From positions 1-46,563 of IMG/VR virus record IMGVR_UViG_2861038214_000001: a DNA stretch of 46,563 nt; one strand, 5' to 3'. The notes beneath the pieces were generated by a model. That model did not search any database. It was not told the origin of the DNA and worked only from the letters and a program-made list of their open reading frames with translations. Numbering within the stretch: position 1 is the first letter of the stretch; every line of letters starts with the position of its first letter. This document shows positions 27,897 through 38,420 of this stretch, one piece after another. The position numbers were made by a program, and so were the translations under genes. This DNA is from a virus (taxonomy: Duplodnaviria; Heunggongvirae; Uroviricota; Caudoviricetes).

Positions 27897-28818
27897 GTTA
27901 CAGAACGCCAAAACCGAGCTTAACGCTACCCTGACACAGGGGCTGGATGATCTGAGCCGGTTCCAGGTGGTGACGTTCACGAAGTACATCAGAAAGGTAC
28001 TTCCGCTCGATGGCTTCGTGTTCTGGGTGAAAGCCTCGGTCCTGTCTGACGATCCGAACAATGAGCCGGATACGGTGGATGTGAAAGGTTATTTGCACCT
28101 GACGACAGAAACCATTCAGGACGACGAGCAACTTTACGATCGCAACGTGGTGACGTTCACCGCACAGGCGGACATCGACCCGTTTAACGACATCGGGTCA
28201 GAGGTGCTGTACATCGGCGAGTTTTTTGGCGTTCAGTTCTCGTTCTCCCGGCGTACCGGGCTGAATGAACCGGCGAACCTGTACCACTACACCGGAGAGG
28301 CTATTTTTCCGCACATGCGGTCGCAGATCATCAACTCTGCGGATGACATAGACCTCTCTGACGTGGTGGTGTCGAGCTCGTTGCCGATCTGGTTGGCCCT
28401 GAATCAGCACATGCCGATGTTCCCGGCGATGCTCTCAACGCAGAACCTTTCGCCGCCCTATGCGACAGTGAAATGCAGTAACACGTCACCGATCGCCGGC
28501 GCGTTCTATCTGGACGAGAAGCAAAACCAGTATCAGCTGGTATCGGAAGATGTGACGCTTTCGGTCACCGGCCTGCGTAACGCCAGCATTGAAGACTTTG
28601 TGCGGTATGTGCAGGACTACACGACCGGCGATGCCCCGGAGATGGGGATCATGAATATTCCCGTCGTGCAGGATGAGCGAGTCACTCAGAACGAGCTCAA
28701 CATCATCGCCATGCGTAAGACCATCAAATTTAAAATCAATTATTACCAGCAACGGATGCGTAACTTAGCGCGCCAGCTGATCACGTCTGCAATTCCGTCC
28801 ATTGACCCGGAGAAATAA
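27880..28818 (+). CDS. hypothetical virion protein (312 aa)
   Basis: ORF track. Confidence 0.6.
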   Translation: MPSLSELQNAKTELNATLTQGLDDLSRFQVVTFTKYIRKVLPLDGFVFWVKASVLSDDPNNEPDTVDVKGYLHLTTETIQDDEQLYDRNVVTFTAQADIDPFNDIGSEVLYIGEFFGVQFSFSRRTGLNEPANLYHYTGEAIFPHMRSQIINSADDIDLSDVVVSSSLPIWLALNQHMPMFPAMLSTQNLSPPYATVKCSNTSPIAGAFYLDEKQNQYQLVSEDVTLSVTGLRNASIEDFVRYVQDYTTGDAPEMGIMNIPVVQDERVTQNELNIIAMRKTIKFKINYYQQRMRNLARQLITSAIPSIDPEK

Positions 28819-28822
28819 GTAA

Positions 28823-30217
28823 ATGGCAATTGTTAATATTAACGTGTCGGTGACGAATCCGCCGAAGCCCTCGCAGTTGTTAAAGTCCGGGGCGATGATT
28901 TCTATGGGCGGCACGACGCTGAATGCCGGTGAATATCAGCTGCTGACCAGTGAAACCGACCTGGCCGACATCCTTGCACCGGCGAAAACCATCTCGACGC
29001 TCGCCTGGGCTACTGGCGTGGTAACCGTCACGCTGGCTGCCGCTCACGGATGGACTAACGGTTCACAGGTCCCGGTGATCATCTCCGGCGCGACTCCGGC
29101 GGGGTACAATGGCGCCTATACCGCTACGGTGACAGGTGCCAACACCTTCACCTATCCGCTGACGGCCAACCCCGGCAGCGCAACGGCAATGGGTACGGTA
29201 AAAACGGTAGCACAGACCGAAATTTCCCAGATGAATACCTCGTTCTGGGCCCAGGGGAAAACGCGGGCAGTTTATGTGCTGGAACTGGGCGATGTGTCCA
29301 TGGAGGCAGCTGTCGCAGCGCTGACAACCTTCATTGCTGAAGACGTCTCCCTGGGTAACACCTACCAGAAGTTTTTCTCCTATCTGGTGCCGCGCGAATG
29401 GGATTCGGTCGATGAATTTAAAACCCTGACCAGCCTCTATACTTCGCCGGGAAGTCTGGTTTACTTCTTTGTCACCACAACGATCGCGACCTATGAAGCG
29501 TGGACAGCGACGAAAAACAAAACTGTCTTTGCTGGCGTCGAGGCTCCGGATATTCCGGCTAGCGAGTTTTCCATGGCCGGCCCGTTCCAGTCATCCCTGG
29601 CAAACGACCCGGGGTCGAGCAACATGGTGCCGCCGATGTCGTACCGCTTTATGTACGGCCTGACTGAGTATCCGCTGGAAGGCAACAGCGCACTGCTGAA
29701 ATCGCTTCAGGACAGCAACATCAACTACATCGGTACCGGCGCCGAAGGTGGTCTCAGTAACAAAGTGCTGTTCACCGGCCGCATGCTCGACGGTAACCCG
29801 TTCAACTACTGGTATTCGGTGGCGTGGACGGCGATCAACCTTGAGCTCGACCTGGCGAATGAAATCATCAACGGCTCCAACACGACCGTTAACCCGCTGT
29901 ACTACGAGCAGAAGGGCATTGACCGCCTACAGCGTCGCGCTCTGAAAACCTTGCGTAATGGCATCAGCTACGGGCTGATCCTCGGTCGCGTCATTGACAC
30001 GCAACTGACGCAGGAAGATTTCAACACCGAGTATGACAAAGGCACTTACGCCGGCAACGCCGTGATCAACGCCGTTCCGTTCAGTAACTACAACAGCCTG
30101 AACCCCTCCGATTATCAGGAAGGAAAATACAACGGGCTGAGCGCAGTCATGACGCCGCGCCGCGGCTTCGAATCCATCACGTTTAACGTGAACGTAACGA
30201 ACTTTGTAGGGGCGTAA
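28823..30217 (+). CDS. major tail structural protein, sheath-like (putative), carrying Ig-like module
   Basis: ORF track; size and position before a 145-aa tube-like protein; assignment by synteny only. Confidence 0.5.
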   Translation: MAIVNINVSVTNPPKPSQLLKSGAMISMGGTTLNAGEYQLLTSETDLADILAPAKTISTLAWATGVVTVTLAAAHGWTNGSQVPVIISGATPAGYNGAYTATVTGANTFTYPLTANPGSATAMGTVKTVAQTEISQMNTSFWAQGKTRAVYVLELGDVSMEAAVAALTTFIAEDVSLGNTYQKFFSYLVPREWDSVDEFKTLTSLYTSPGSLVYFFVTTTIATYEAWTATKNKTVFAGVEAPDIPASEFSMAGPFQSSLANDPGSSNMVPPMSYRFMYGLTEYPLEGNSALLKSLQDSNINYIGTGAEGGLSNKVLFTGRMLDGNPFNYWYSVAWTAINLELDLANEIINGSNTTVNPLYYEQKGIDRLQRRALKTLRNGISYGLILGRVIDTQLTQEDFNTEYDKGTYAGNAVINAVPFSNYNSLNPSDYQEGKYNGLSAVMTPRRGFESITFNVNVTNFVGA

Positions 30218-30220
30218 AAA

Positions 30221-30658
30221 ATGGCGAACCCATTAGTACCGCAGGGCTTTCTTAACCGCGTACGCGGGGCTCTTTCCGTCACGGATACACCGGCGCTGAA
30301 CGTTTCGGCGTCGTACCTGGCAAAGGACGGCATTAGCCTGCGTCCTGACGGCCCGGCAACCGACATCATCCCTACGATGACCGGCACCGTCGGCAGCCAG
30401 GCACCGTATCAGCAGGTAACGCTGACCGTGCATCTTCTGAAAACTCAGGGGCTGGGCGAAAGCTACCGGCAGCGCTTTTTAACCGACACGTCGCTGGGTG
30501 AAATCGTGGTGACGCCGGATGCAACGACGTTCGGCAATATCACGCTGCTCAACTGCTACCTGGTCAACTTCAACGAGCTGGCTTTCAGCGGGATGGACCC
30601 GGCTTTTGTGGTAACCATCAGCGGCTACATGGTCACTAACGACAACATGTGGGTGTAA
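30221..30658 (+). CDS. tail tube-like protein (putative)
   Basis: ORF track; size and synteny. Confidence 0.45.
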   Translation: MANPLVPQGFLNRVRGALSVTDTPALNVSASYLAKDGISLRPDGPATDIIPTMTGTVGSQAPYQQVTLTVHLLKTQGLGESYRQRFLTDTSLGEIVVTPDATTFGNITLLNCYLVNFNELAFSGMDPAFVVTISGYMVTNDNMWV

Positions 30659-30661
30659 TGC

Positions 30662-31234
30662 ATGAAAATCGACAAGAAACTGAATCTGGTCACCAGCGTT
30701 ACCCGCGATGACGGCTCGATCGTTTACCTGCATGTGACGCCATTCCCCTATGAGGTGGTGGAAGAACACTGCATCCTGCTGGGGAACCTGTTCACAAAAT
30801 TCATCTCGCAGGTGGGTGGTCTTGGCGCCGCCAGAATCGCCGCGATGATGCTGAGGCAGAGCCTGAAAGCGGAAATCGATAACGGTCGGGCAGGCCCGAA
30901 CATCGTAGATGAAATTCAGCGACTGACGGTCGTTATCCATAACGTCGGCGGCCAGTGGAAAACCACACCCCTTGAGGTGGCATTTAATCAGGGGATTATC
31001 GACCCTGATGAGTATCGTGAGATCGAAGGCGAAGTGGTTTTTTTTATGGTTTCCTCTGCTATTCAGAAGGCAAACCTGATCGCACCGACCGTGGGAACGG
31101 TGATCAAAATGTACGATGGGCAACTAACCTCATCGAGCGTTACGGCGTTCCGCGATTCGTTGCAGACGTCGAAGCCGGTTACCGATACCCAGACCCAGAA
31201 TGCCCAGCCGGAAACATCATTTATACCCTCTTAG
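30662..31234 (+). CDS. tail assembly chaperone (putative), with possible -1 frameshift extension to about 31369
   Basis: ORF track; position before tape measure; -1 frame remains open and protein-like through 31369. Confidence 0.5.
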   Translation: MKIDKKLNLVTSVTRDDGSIVYLHVTPFPYEVVEEHCILLGNLFTKFISQVGGLGAARIAAMMLRQSLKAEIDNGRAGPNIVDEIQRLTVVIHNVGGQWKTTPLEVAFNQGIIDPDEYREIEGEVVFFMVSSAIQKANLIAPTVGTVIKMYDGQLTSSSVTAFRDSLQTSKPVTDTQTQNAQPETSFIPS

Positions 31235-31357
31235 ACTGGGCGTCTAATGAGGGCTTCTGGCAGGTGATAAGGGAGATCACCGGCGAGGAGTATGCCAGCC
31301 CGGCGCAGTACCGGCAGCGCTACCTTCTCGCCGCGCTCAAAGAAAGAGGTTTCTTCA

Positions 31358-33238
31358 ATGGTAGCTAAGTCGATCGTCGACATTGACGTAAATGACGACA
31401 AGTTTGTCGCGTTTATGGAAAGGTTTCGCGAGTACCAGAGCGCGCTGGATGATTTACCGGAAGCCTGGCGGGTAGCTGCCGTTGGTATTGGAGAAAGCAG
31501 CAAGCAGACCGAAAAGGCCAAAGGTGAGGCGAAGGAGTTAGGCGCGGAGTTTAATGCCGTGGCCGAGGCCATTCTGACCATCAACAGCGGTATCGATCGG
31601 CTCAATACCAACCTGGAAGACTCGAAGAAAAAGCAGGACGAATTCAACAAAAGTACTCGCTCTGCGAAGGGCTTCCTCAGCGATGCGACGAAAGACGCTA
31701 AATCGCTGGCAGGGCATATCAAGGAAGCGACGGCCAGCCTTCTGTCATGGGGTGGCATTGTCGGGATATTTACCGGCGTCCTTGGCGTTGGCGGCCTGTT
31801 CGGCATCAACCGGCTGGCTGCCACCACCGGTGCCCAGCGGTTTACTTCTCTCGGGCTTGGGACGAGTATCGGCGCACTTGATTCCACCGCCATAAACTAC
31901 CAGAAAGCACTCGGTAATCCGGCGGGTACGCTGGGCGCTATCCGCGATTCGCAAATGGACCTGTCGAAGCGCTGGACGTTTCAGGCGATGGGGATTAACA
32001 ACCCCGACCAGGACCCGGCCAAACTGCTCCCGCAGATGATCCGTAATGCGCGCGATATCTTCGTGCAGAACGGCAGCACGCTGCAGGGCGCACAGGCGCA
32101 CGGCCTGACAAACTTCTTTACGCTGGATGACCTGAACCGCTTCAAAAACATGAGCGATGAGGAGATCACCGCCATGGAGAAGCGCGCGCAGCAGGATGCG
32201 CGCATGTTGCAAATTACCGACCAGCAGGCGCGCCAGTGGCAGGATTTTAACGTTCAGCTCGACTACAGCAGCCAGAGCATCAGAAACACGTTTGTGCGCG
32301 GCCTGGGTCCACTCACGCCGCAGCTGAGCAAACTGTCTGATGCGCTGTCAGGCGCGATCGATACCGTCCTGAAATCCCCAGAACTCGGCAAGTGGATTGA
32401 TGGTCTGGCGCGCGGTATTGAAAGATTTGGCAACTACCTGTCTTCTCCTGAATTCACCAGTGATGTTCTCAGTTTCATGGATGGTGTTAAAAGGCTTGGA
32501 CAGTCTGTTTCTCGATTAATAGACCTATTCGCTGGAAAAATTAGCCTTTCAGAGTTTATGTCTGGCTCGTCCAGTATTCTTGGCAGTTCAACAAGGGAAG
32601 ATGCTGAAGGTAGTCAGCCCTACGTTCCGGGTAGTGAGAGTGATCCGCGCGTTTGGGGTGTTCTTAAATGGGGTAAAATGGCATCAGGTGTCGCCCCCAC
32701 GCAGTATGATGATTATTTTTCCGAGGCTGCTAAAAAGTACAATGTCGATCCTCGATGGCTAAAAGCCATCGCTGCGGGGGAATCCTCTTGGGATCAGAAC
32801 GCTGTTAGTAAAGCGGGCGCAAAAGGGTTAATGCAGGTGATGCCTGGCAACTTCCAGCCGGGAGAAAATCCATTTGACCCGCGGGACAACATCATGGCTG
32901 GCGCCCGAGTTTTCTCCTGGGCGATGCAGAGCGCGAATGGTGATCTCGACGAAGCGCTGCGTTATTACAACGGCGGAAGCCGCCGCGAGAGTGCAGAAAA
33001 TAGGGCTTATCCCGGCAGGATCAGGGAAAAGTATGCTGCGATGTATGGGGCGCCGAAGAACAATGACGCTTCTGGCGTCGATAGTTCAGAAATTGCCAAA
33101 AATACCTCGAAAACTAACCAACTCCTGCAGCAGATCGTTGATGGGAAAGGCGGCAGAGGCGGGAGCGGTGACGTTGTTATTTATAACAACACCGGCGGGA
33201 ATGCCGTGGTAACTTCAGCGCAATTGGGGGCGAGGTAA
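31358..33238 (+). CDS. tape measure-like protein with C-terminal lytic transglycosylase (SLT) domain
   Basis: ORF track 31292..33238 with start refined to ATG after AGAGG SD; hydrophobic Gly-rich segment; SLT motif AAGESSWDQNAVSKAGAKGLMQVMP. Confidence 0.7.
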   Translation: MVAKSIVDIDVNDDKFVAFMERFREYQSALDDLPEAWRVAAVGIGESSKQTEKAKGEAKELGAEFNAVAEAILTINSGIDRLNTNLEDSKKKQDEFNKSTRSAKGFLSDATKDAKSLAGHIKEATASLLSWGGIVGIFTGVLGVGGLFGINRLAATTGAQRFTSLGLGTSIGALDSTAINYQKALGNPAGTLGAIRDSQMDLSKRWTFQAMGINNPDQDPAKLLPQMIRNARDIFVQNGSTLQGAQAHGLTNFFTLDDLNRFKNMSDEEITAMEKRAQQDARMLQITDQQARQWQDFNVQLDYSSQSIRNTFVRGLGPLTPQLSKLSDALSGAIDTVLKSPELGKWIDGLARGIERFGNYLSSPEFTSDVLSFMDGVKRLGQSVSRLIDLFAGKISLSEFMSGSSSILGSSTREDAEGSQPYVPGSESDPRVWGVLKWGKMASGVAPTQYDDYFSEAAKKYNVDPRWLKAIAAGESSWDQNAVSKAGAKGLMQVMPGNFQPGENPFDPRDNIMAGARVFSWAMQSANGDLDEALRYYNGGSRRESAENRAYPGRIREKYAAMYGAPKNNDASGVDSSEIAKNTSKTNQLLQQIVDGKGGRGGSGDVVIYNNTGGNAVVTSAQLGAR

Positions 33239-33948
33239 TGGGATTCACACGTGAAATGTATAAGCTGGGTTTTGAAATATCCCCAGTAATACTTTGCGGA
33301 GGGATAGCGCAGGCCATTCCTGGAGGAATGCTCCCGATCGTCGCTTTGACGCAGAGCGCGAGCTTTGTTACGGGGCTGCTTGGAGGAGCCATAAACCTAA
33401 CCGATCTGGATAAATATTTCTGCCACTGGCGCCCGGTTCAGGGCGCCACAATGGTTGATTATGAAATTGCCAGATACCCTTTCGCCAACCAGGTAGTAGC
33501 TGCGAACGCCTTGCTTGCTCAGCCTTTGCGCGTTTCGTTGGTAATGGAGGCCCCGGTCAATGAAAACACCGGGGCGATGACAAAGCTCGTCACTATGAGT
33601 GCTTTGCAGTCTGTCCTTCAGGCGCATTCTAACTTAGGCGGCACGTTTATCGTCGCCACCCCATCCGTTATCTATAGCAACTGCATTTTGCGTGTCGTGA
33701 GGGACATCACTTCTGGTAATGATCCATTACCACAGCGTTCATGGATATGGGATTTCGAGCAGCCACTGATAACCGATAATGGTGCAGAGCAGGCTGTGAA
33801 CAATTTTTTAAACAAGATTGGCGCCGGGGATATGGTAACCGACCCATCCTGGACTAATACCGCCAATGCTCTTGGCAACACGCCACTCGGGAGCTCTGTA
33901 TCGGAAGCAATAACCGGCCTATTGGGTAAGTTGGGGGTAGGGCCATGA
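33238..33948 (+). CDS. tail/baseplate protein (hypothetical, 236 aa)
   Basis: ORF track; synteny. Confidence 0.55.
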   Translation: MGFTREMYKLGFEISPVILCGGIAQAIPGGMLPIVALTQSASFVTGLLGGAINLTDLDKYFCHWRPVQGATMVDYEIARYPFANQVVAANALLAQPLRVSLVMEAPVNENTGAMTKLVTMSALQSVLQAHSNLGGTFIVATPSVIYSNCILRVVRDITSGNDPLPQRSWIWDFEQPLITDNGAEQAVNNFLNKIGAGDMVTDPSWTNTANALGNTPLGSSVSEAITGLLGKLGVGP

Positions 33949-34223
33949 CAACCCAGAATTATCCGTTTACCGGCAATGATCGTCAAAGCATGACATTTAC
34001 ACCGATCCTTGATGGCACCGTCTATAACTGCCAGGTTAAATGGAACATTGCCGGGCTGAGGTGGTATGTCCTCATTACAGATGGCTCTGGGAATACCATT
34101 CTAAATACCCCGCTCGTTGGCTCCGAGCTTAACGGTGGAATAAATATTATCTCCGGAGTGTTTAATTCGTCCTCCATGTACTGGCGCGAACAGAATGGAC
34201 TGATTGAGGTAAACAGTTCATGA
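33945..34223 (+). CDS. small tail protein (92 aa)
   Basis: ORF track. Confidence 0.55.
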   Translation: MTTQNYPFTGNDRQSMTFTPILDGTVYNCQVKWNIAGLRWYVLITDGSGNTILNTPLVGSELNGGINIISGVFNSSSMYWREQNGLIEVNSS

Positions 34224-35257
34224 GATATTATGATATTGAGATAACCATTCCTGCTGAAGGTGCCTCTCCGGAAAGAACGATAAAATACAGTAGCCATAAG
34301 AACGGAGTTTACAACCCCGGCGCCCTGATGATTGAGTTTGATATCCTCAGGTACGGTGAATCGACTCCCCAGGGCGAAACTCACCTGACCATCTGGGGTA
34401 TTGGCCCAAAAGAAATGCAGCAGGCTCGCCAGAATTTTTTTGGCAAAAAAATTAAAATATTCCTTGGGATGAAAGACGGGCTGCCATTGGCTGGCAAGGT
34501 TACCGCACCAAAACTGGTATTGGATGGCGTGATAAATCAGGTATTTGGTAACTGGCAGGGTATTGAGTTACGACTTGACTTCATAATCGTGGTTGGTCCT
34601 GTCCAGAACGTGCCAAATAACAAACCCGTACCCCTTCCTTTAACCTTTGACTGGAAGGAGGGGCAGAAGCTTTCTGTAGCCCTCACGCAGTGTTTTATGA
34701 ACATCAGAGGGTATACGTTCAATATCAACATAAGCGACCGGCTAATCCTTAATCATTACCGGGGGCTGTTTTGTGATGACATTGTCACCCTGGCCAAGGA
34801 CCTTAATGCTTTTTCACGTTCCAGAATTCGCGATAGCGGGTACTCTGGTGTAGAGATCGCAATAGTGAATGGTAATGAGATCCGGGTATGGGATAACGAT
34901 TATGATAACCACCCGGATAAGACTTCTGTTTCCAGCGCCGTAGCCAGAAGTAACAGCCCAACCCAAATAGATTTCAAGGATTTGATAGGTCAGCCAACAT
35001 GGGTGGCATTTAACACAATCAGCATGGCGTGCGTAATGCGCGGTGATATTCAGGTTGGTGATCACATCCTGATGCCTAAAAAAAGCACTCCGTTGATACA
35101 GGCCTCTTCGTACTCTCAATACCGAGAAGACTCTGCCTTTACTGGCGACTTTATCGTGAACTCCGTTCGCCTGTTAGGAAATAGCAGGCAACCAACGGCA
35201 GAAGCATGGGTAACAATTATTGAAGCTTCACCTTTCATTAAGGCAGGTAATGCATGA
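34220..35257 (+). CDS. baseplate hub-like protein (putative, 345 aa)
   Basis: ORF track; synteny. Confidence 0.5.
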   Translation: MRYYDIEITIPAEGASPERTIKYSSHKNGVYNPGALMIEFDILRYGESTPQGETHLTIWGIGPKEMQQARQNFFGKKIKIFLGMKDGLPLAGKVTAPKLVLDGVINQVFGNWQGIELRLDFIIVVGPVQNVPNNKPVPLPLTFDWKEGQKLSVALTQCFMNIRGYTFNINISDRLILNHYRGLFCDDIVTLAKDLNAFSRSRIRDSGYSGVEIAIVNGNEIRVWDNDYDNHPDKTSVSSAVARSNSPTQIDFKDLIGQPTWVAFNTISMACVMRGDIQVGDHILMPKKSTPLIQASSYSQYREDSAFTGDFIVNSVRLLGNSRQPTAEAWVTIIEASPFIKAGNA

Positions 35258-35970
35258 GCATCGACAACAAGCTTAATTTTGCCTCAAGCATGAACAGGTT
35301 TACTGAAAGAAAGATTGAAAATGCGCTTCAAAAATCAGGGAAAGTTCTTCCGGCGAGCGTGGTTAAGCAAACTGGGAATATGATCACCGTCTCCTTCGAG
35401 CTAAGGGATATCCCATATGTTTTGCCGCAAGTGACTATCCCCTTATTTGGCCCTCAATATATTCGTTACCCTATGCAGCCGGGAGATAAGGGGATTGTTA
35501 TCCCCGCAGATACTTACATTGGCGGCGTTAGCGGTCAGGGAGGCGGCATTGCAGATATGACTCCGCCAGCAAACTTAAGCGCCCTCGTTTTCTTGCCGAT
35601 CAGTAATACCGAGTGGCAGGGTGTCGACGGACAGGTGGTGACGGTATACGGGCCGGAGGGTGTAACGCTGCGCGACAGTGGCAGCAACACGACGTTTCTC
35701 CTGAAGCCTGACAGCATCGCCATTTCCACACCTGACAGCTTCACCGTCACCGTTGGCGGGACAGTCATCTCACTAATCGGGACAAAATGGAGCATTTCAG
35801 GCGAGGCAGGGCATCTGCAGGACTCTGTGGCCAGCACCAGCCCGGCAATCATGCACGCCGGGTGGCAGTCGCTTCTGGCCTGGCTTAACAGCCATGAGCA
35901 TTCAAACGGCAACGATGGAAATGATACCGGGGGGCCGACTTCAACGTTTAACGGGAGTATCACCGAGTGA
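35254..35970 (+). CDS. baseplate protein (238 aa)
   Basis: ORF track; synteny. Confidence 0.5.
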   Translation: MSIDNKLNFASSMNRFTERKIENALQKSGKVLPASVVKQTGNMITVSFELRDIPYVLPQVTIPLFGPQYIRYPMQPGDKGIVIPADTYIGGVSGQGGGIADMTPPANLSALVFLPISNTEWQGVDGQVVTVYGPEGVTLRDSGSNTTFLLKPDSIAISTPDSFTVTVGGTVISLIGTKWSISGEAGHLQDSVASTSPAIMHAGWQSLLAWLNSHEHSNGNDGNDTGGPTSTFNGSITE

Positions 35971-36299
35971 GAACCTATGGCCGAAACTCTGAGGGGAAGT
36001 GGGTCCTGGTGGAAACCGACGAAAATGGGTTTAATGACTCGGTGTATTTGACCACCCTGATCCAGAATCTGAAACTGGCGCCTCAGGAGTCGCCATTTTA
36101 CGCCAATAACGGAATCCCGGCCGCCGGGTCGGTGATCCAGCAAATCCTGCCGACGTATTACGTAAACCGTATTCAGAAACAGTTCAGCCAGTATTTTTCC
36201 TCGCTGCAGATTGCGCTGATCAGCGACGACCCGCCTGTTTATAACATCTCGGCAATCACAAACGCAGGTTCAAAAATAATTACACAGGTGGCCGTATGA
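35967..36299 (+). CDS. small baseplate protein (110 aa)
   Basis: ORF track. Confidence 0.5.
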   Translation: MRTYGRNSEGKWVLVETDENGFNDSVYLTTLIQNLKLAPQESPFYANNGIPAAGSVIQQILPTYYVNRIQKQFSQYFSSLQIALISDDPPVYNISAITNAGSKIITQVAV

Positions 36300-37714
36300 G
36301 CGATTTACCAGTCAGCTATACGTCAGCAGGCCCGGTTCCTCTGACGCCGGAAGAGCTAAGAGCACAGCTCGTTTCTCAGGCAATTGCGTTATCTCCGGGA
36401 CTCACCACGGATTTGCCTGGCTCTCTGATTGAAGACGTGGCCAGCACTGATGTCGGCGCACTTATCGTCTGCGATCAGGCGAGGGTTGACCTTATTAACT
36501 CGGTGGGGCCGCTAAAGGCTAACCTGTCCATGCTGGAGCTTCTTGCACAGCAGGCTGGTATCCCTGGGCAGAAAACGGCTGGCACAACAACAGTCCCGGT
36601 TCAGTTTTCCGGCCCGGCGGGATTTGTTATCCCACAGGGGTTTATTGTTTCAGATGGGACCTATACCTATTCAGTCAGTGATGCGACGATTATCTCGTCG
36701 TCTGGAGTATCTGCCAGCGTATCATGCGAGGGAACGGAGACCGGAACCTGGGCGGTGCCGGTAAATACGGTTAACCAGATCATATCCAGTCTACCGTCTG
36801 ACGTCACCATCACCTGCACCAACCCGATCGCCGGCACTCCGGGTGCTGACCCGGAAACGAACTATCAGTTTCGTGATCGCGTATGGCAGGCGCAGATGGC
36901 CACCGTTCAGGGATATCCTGGATTTATCCGGCAATATCTCACCAGCCTTGATAACGTGCAGGCGCGCCTGGTTTCTGTCATTCAGGACGGGGATAAGTGG
37001 ATAGTCATGTGTGCCGGCGGTGATATTTACGATATTGCTGGCGCGCTCTATAAGTCTGCGGGGGATATCAGCAGGCTGAAAGGGTGTTCACTGAACGTAA
37101 CGGGGATCACGAATGCAAATCCTGGTGTCGTCAGCACAGACCTGACTCATGGTTACACTGACGGCCAGGTTATCCGGATCACTGGCGTTACCGGGATGAC
37201 GGGCATCAATGACGTTCCTCTGACCGTGACGGTGCTGTCTCCTCACACTTTTTCCATCGGGATTGATACCACTTCATCCGGGACTTGGGGAGGCGGCGGC
37301 GAGGTGACACCGAACGTCAGAAACAATACCGTGACGGTGAATGACTGGCCTGATAACTACGTGATCCCGTTCGTGACCCCATTGCTGCAGCGGGTCACAG
37401 TGACGTATCAGTGGGGCACTGAAAGCGTTAACTACCTGACTGATGCCACGGTCGCCTCTTTGGTCTCGGCGCCTACGATTCAGTATGTGAATGGCATATT
37501 CGCCGGTAAACCGCTGAACGTTAACAACCTGAAAGATGCATTCTTGCAGGCGATTAACTCGACAATCGACATGGGGCTGATCAGCACTCTAAACGTCGTG
37601 GTCACCGTCAATGGTGTGATAACGCCACCGGATGCCGGGACGAATATCATCAGCGGGGATAAGTTCAGTTATTTTTATATCGCGTCGGATGGCGTGATCG
37701 TAACAGGGGCGTAG
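36296..37714 (+). CDS. baseplate J-like protein (putative), contains Ig-like module
   Basis: ORF track; size/synteny; shares module with 24580 and 28823 proteins. Confidence 0.5.
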   Translation: MSDLPVSYTSAGPVPLTPEELRAQLVSQAIALSPGLTTDLPGSLIEDVASTDVGALIVCDQARVDLINSVGPLKANLSMLELLAQQAGIPGQKTAGTTTVPVQFSGPAGFVIPQGFIVSDGTYTYSVSDATIISSSGVSASVSCEGTETGTWAVPVNTVNQIISSLPSDVTITCTNPIAGTPGADPETNYQFRDRVWQAQMATVQGYPGFIRQYLTSLDNVQARLVSVIQDGDKWIVMCAGGDIYDIAGALYKSAGDISRLKGCSLNVTGITNANPGVVSTDLTHGYTDGQVIRITGVTGMTGINDVPLTVTVLSPHTFSIGIDTTSSGTWGGGGEVTPNVRNNTVTVNDWPDNYVIPFVTPLLQRVTVTYQWGTESVNYLTDATVASLVSAPTIQYVNGIFAGKPLNVNNLKDAFLQAINSTIDMGLISTLNVVVTVNGVITPPDAGTNIISGDKFSYFYIASDGVIVTGA

Positions 37715-37715
37715 C

Positions 37716-38420
37716 ATGCTGGACGATATCATCCGGTCGTATATGTATACGCAATACAACGACGATGACAATCTGCGGGCGTTTTTTACTGCGTATAACT
37801 CGATGGCGCAGGGCATTTATGACTGGATGGTTAATGCCAACCTGCCGATTTTCATCGGTGACTACAACACTGGAGACCAGCTCCGGTGGATTGCCCATGG
37901 CATCTATGGCGTGTTGCCGCCGGTGATTTCCAGCAGCGATCAGCAGGAGATAGGCCCATATAACACCTTCGAATTTAACCAGCTGGCATTCAATGAGTAC
38001 CGGGTGATTGACCAGTCGAACCAGGTTGTTGTCTCCGATGACCTTTTTAAGAGGATCATGACCTGGAATTTTTATAAAGGTGACGGCTTCTATTTCTCTA
38101 TCCCATGGATAAAGCGGCGTATTCTTCGGTTCCTGTTGGGAGTGAATGGCACTGACATTCTCAATGACCAGCGGTGGAGTATATCGATCCAGTTTGTGGA
38201 TGGCGGTATCGTGATATCCATCTATAAGGGGCGGCGTAGGTTCACGCGTAGCGCCATCTACAACGCATCGGCCTATAACTCCAGGAAGTACAACCAGAAG
38301 GATACGGCCTTTGTGATCACCGAGGATTTCGAGTTCGCCATTTTCTTCAAGCAGGCCATGGATAGCGGCCTGCTGCACATGCCGTTCTATCAGTCCATTT
38401 CGGTGGAAATTATTGATTGA
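37716..38420 (+). CDS. tail protein (234 aa), putative fiber attachment
   Basis: ORF track; synteny. Confidence 0.5.
   Translation: MLDDIIRSYMYTQYNDDDNLRAFFTAYNSMAQGIYDWMVNANLPIFIGDYNTGDQLRWIAHGIYGVLPPVISSSDQQEIGPYNTFEFNQLAFNEYRVIDQSNQVVVSDDLFKRIMTWNFYKGDGFYFSIPWIKRRILRFLLGVNGTDILNDQRWSISIQFVDGGIVISIYKGRRRFTRSAIYNASAYNSRKYNQKDTAFVITEDFEFAIFFKQAMDSGLLHMPFYQSISVEIID

Noticed and set aside
31231-31893. Minus-strand 220-aa ORF antisense to the tape measure gene
   Set aside because: Proline/Ala/Ser-rich low-complexity translation with no SD and full overlap with a well-supported structural gene
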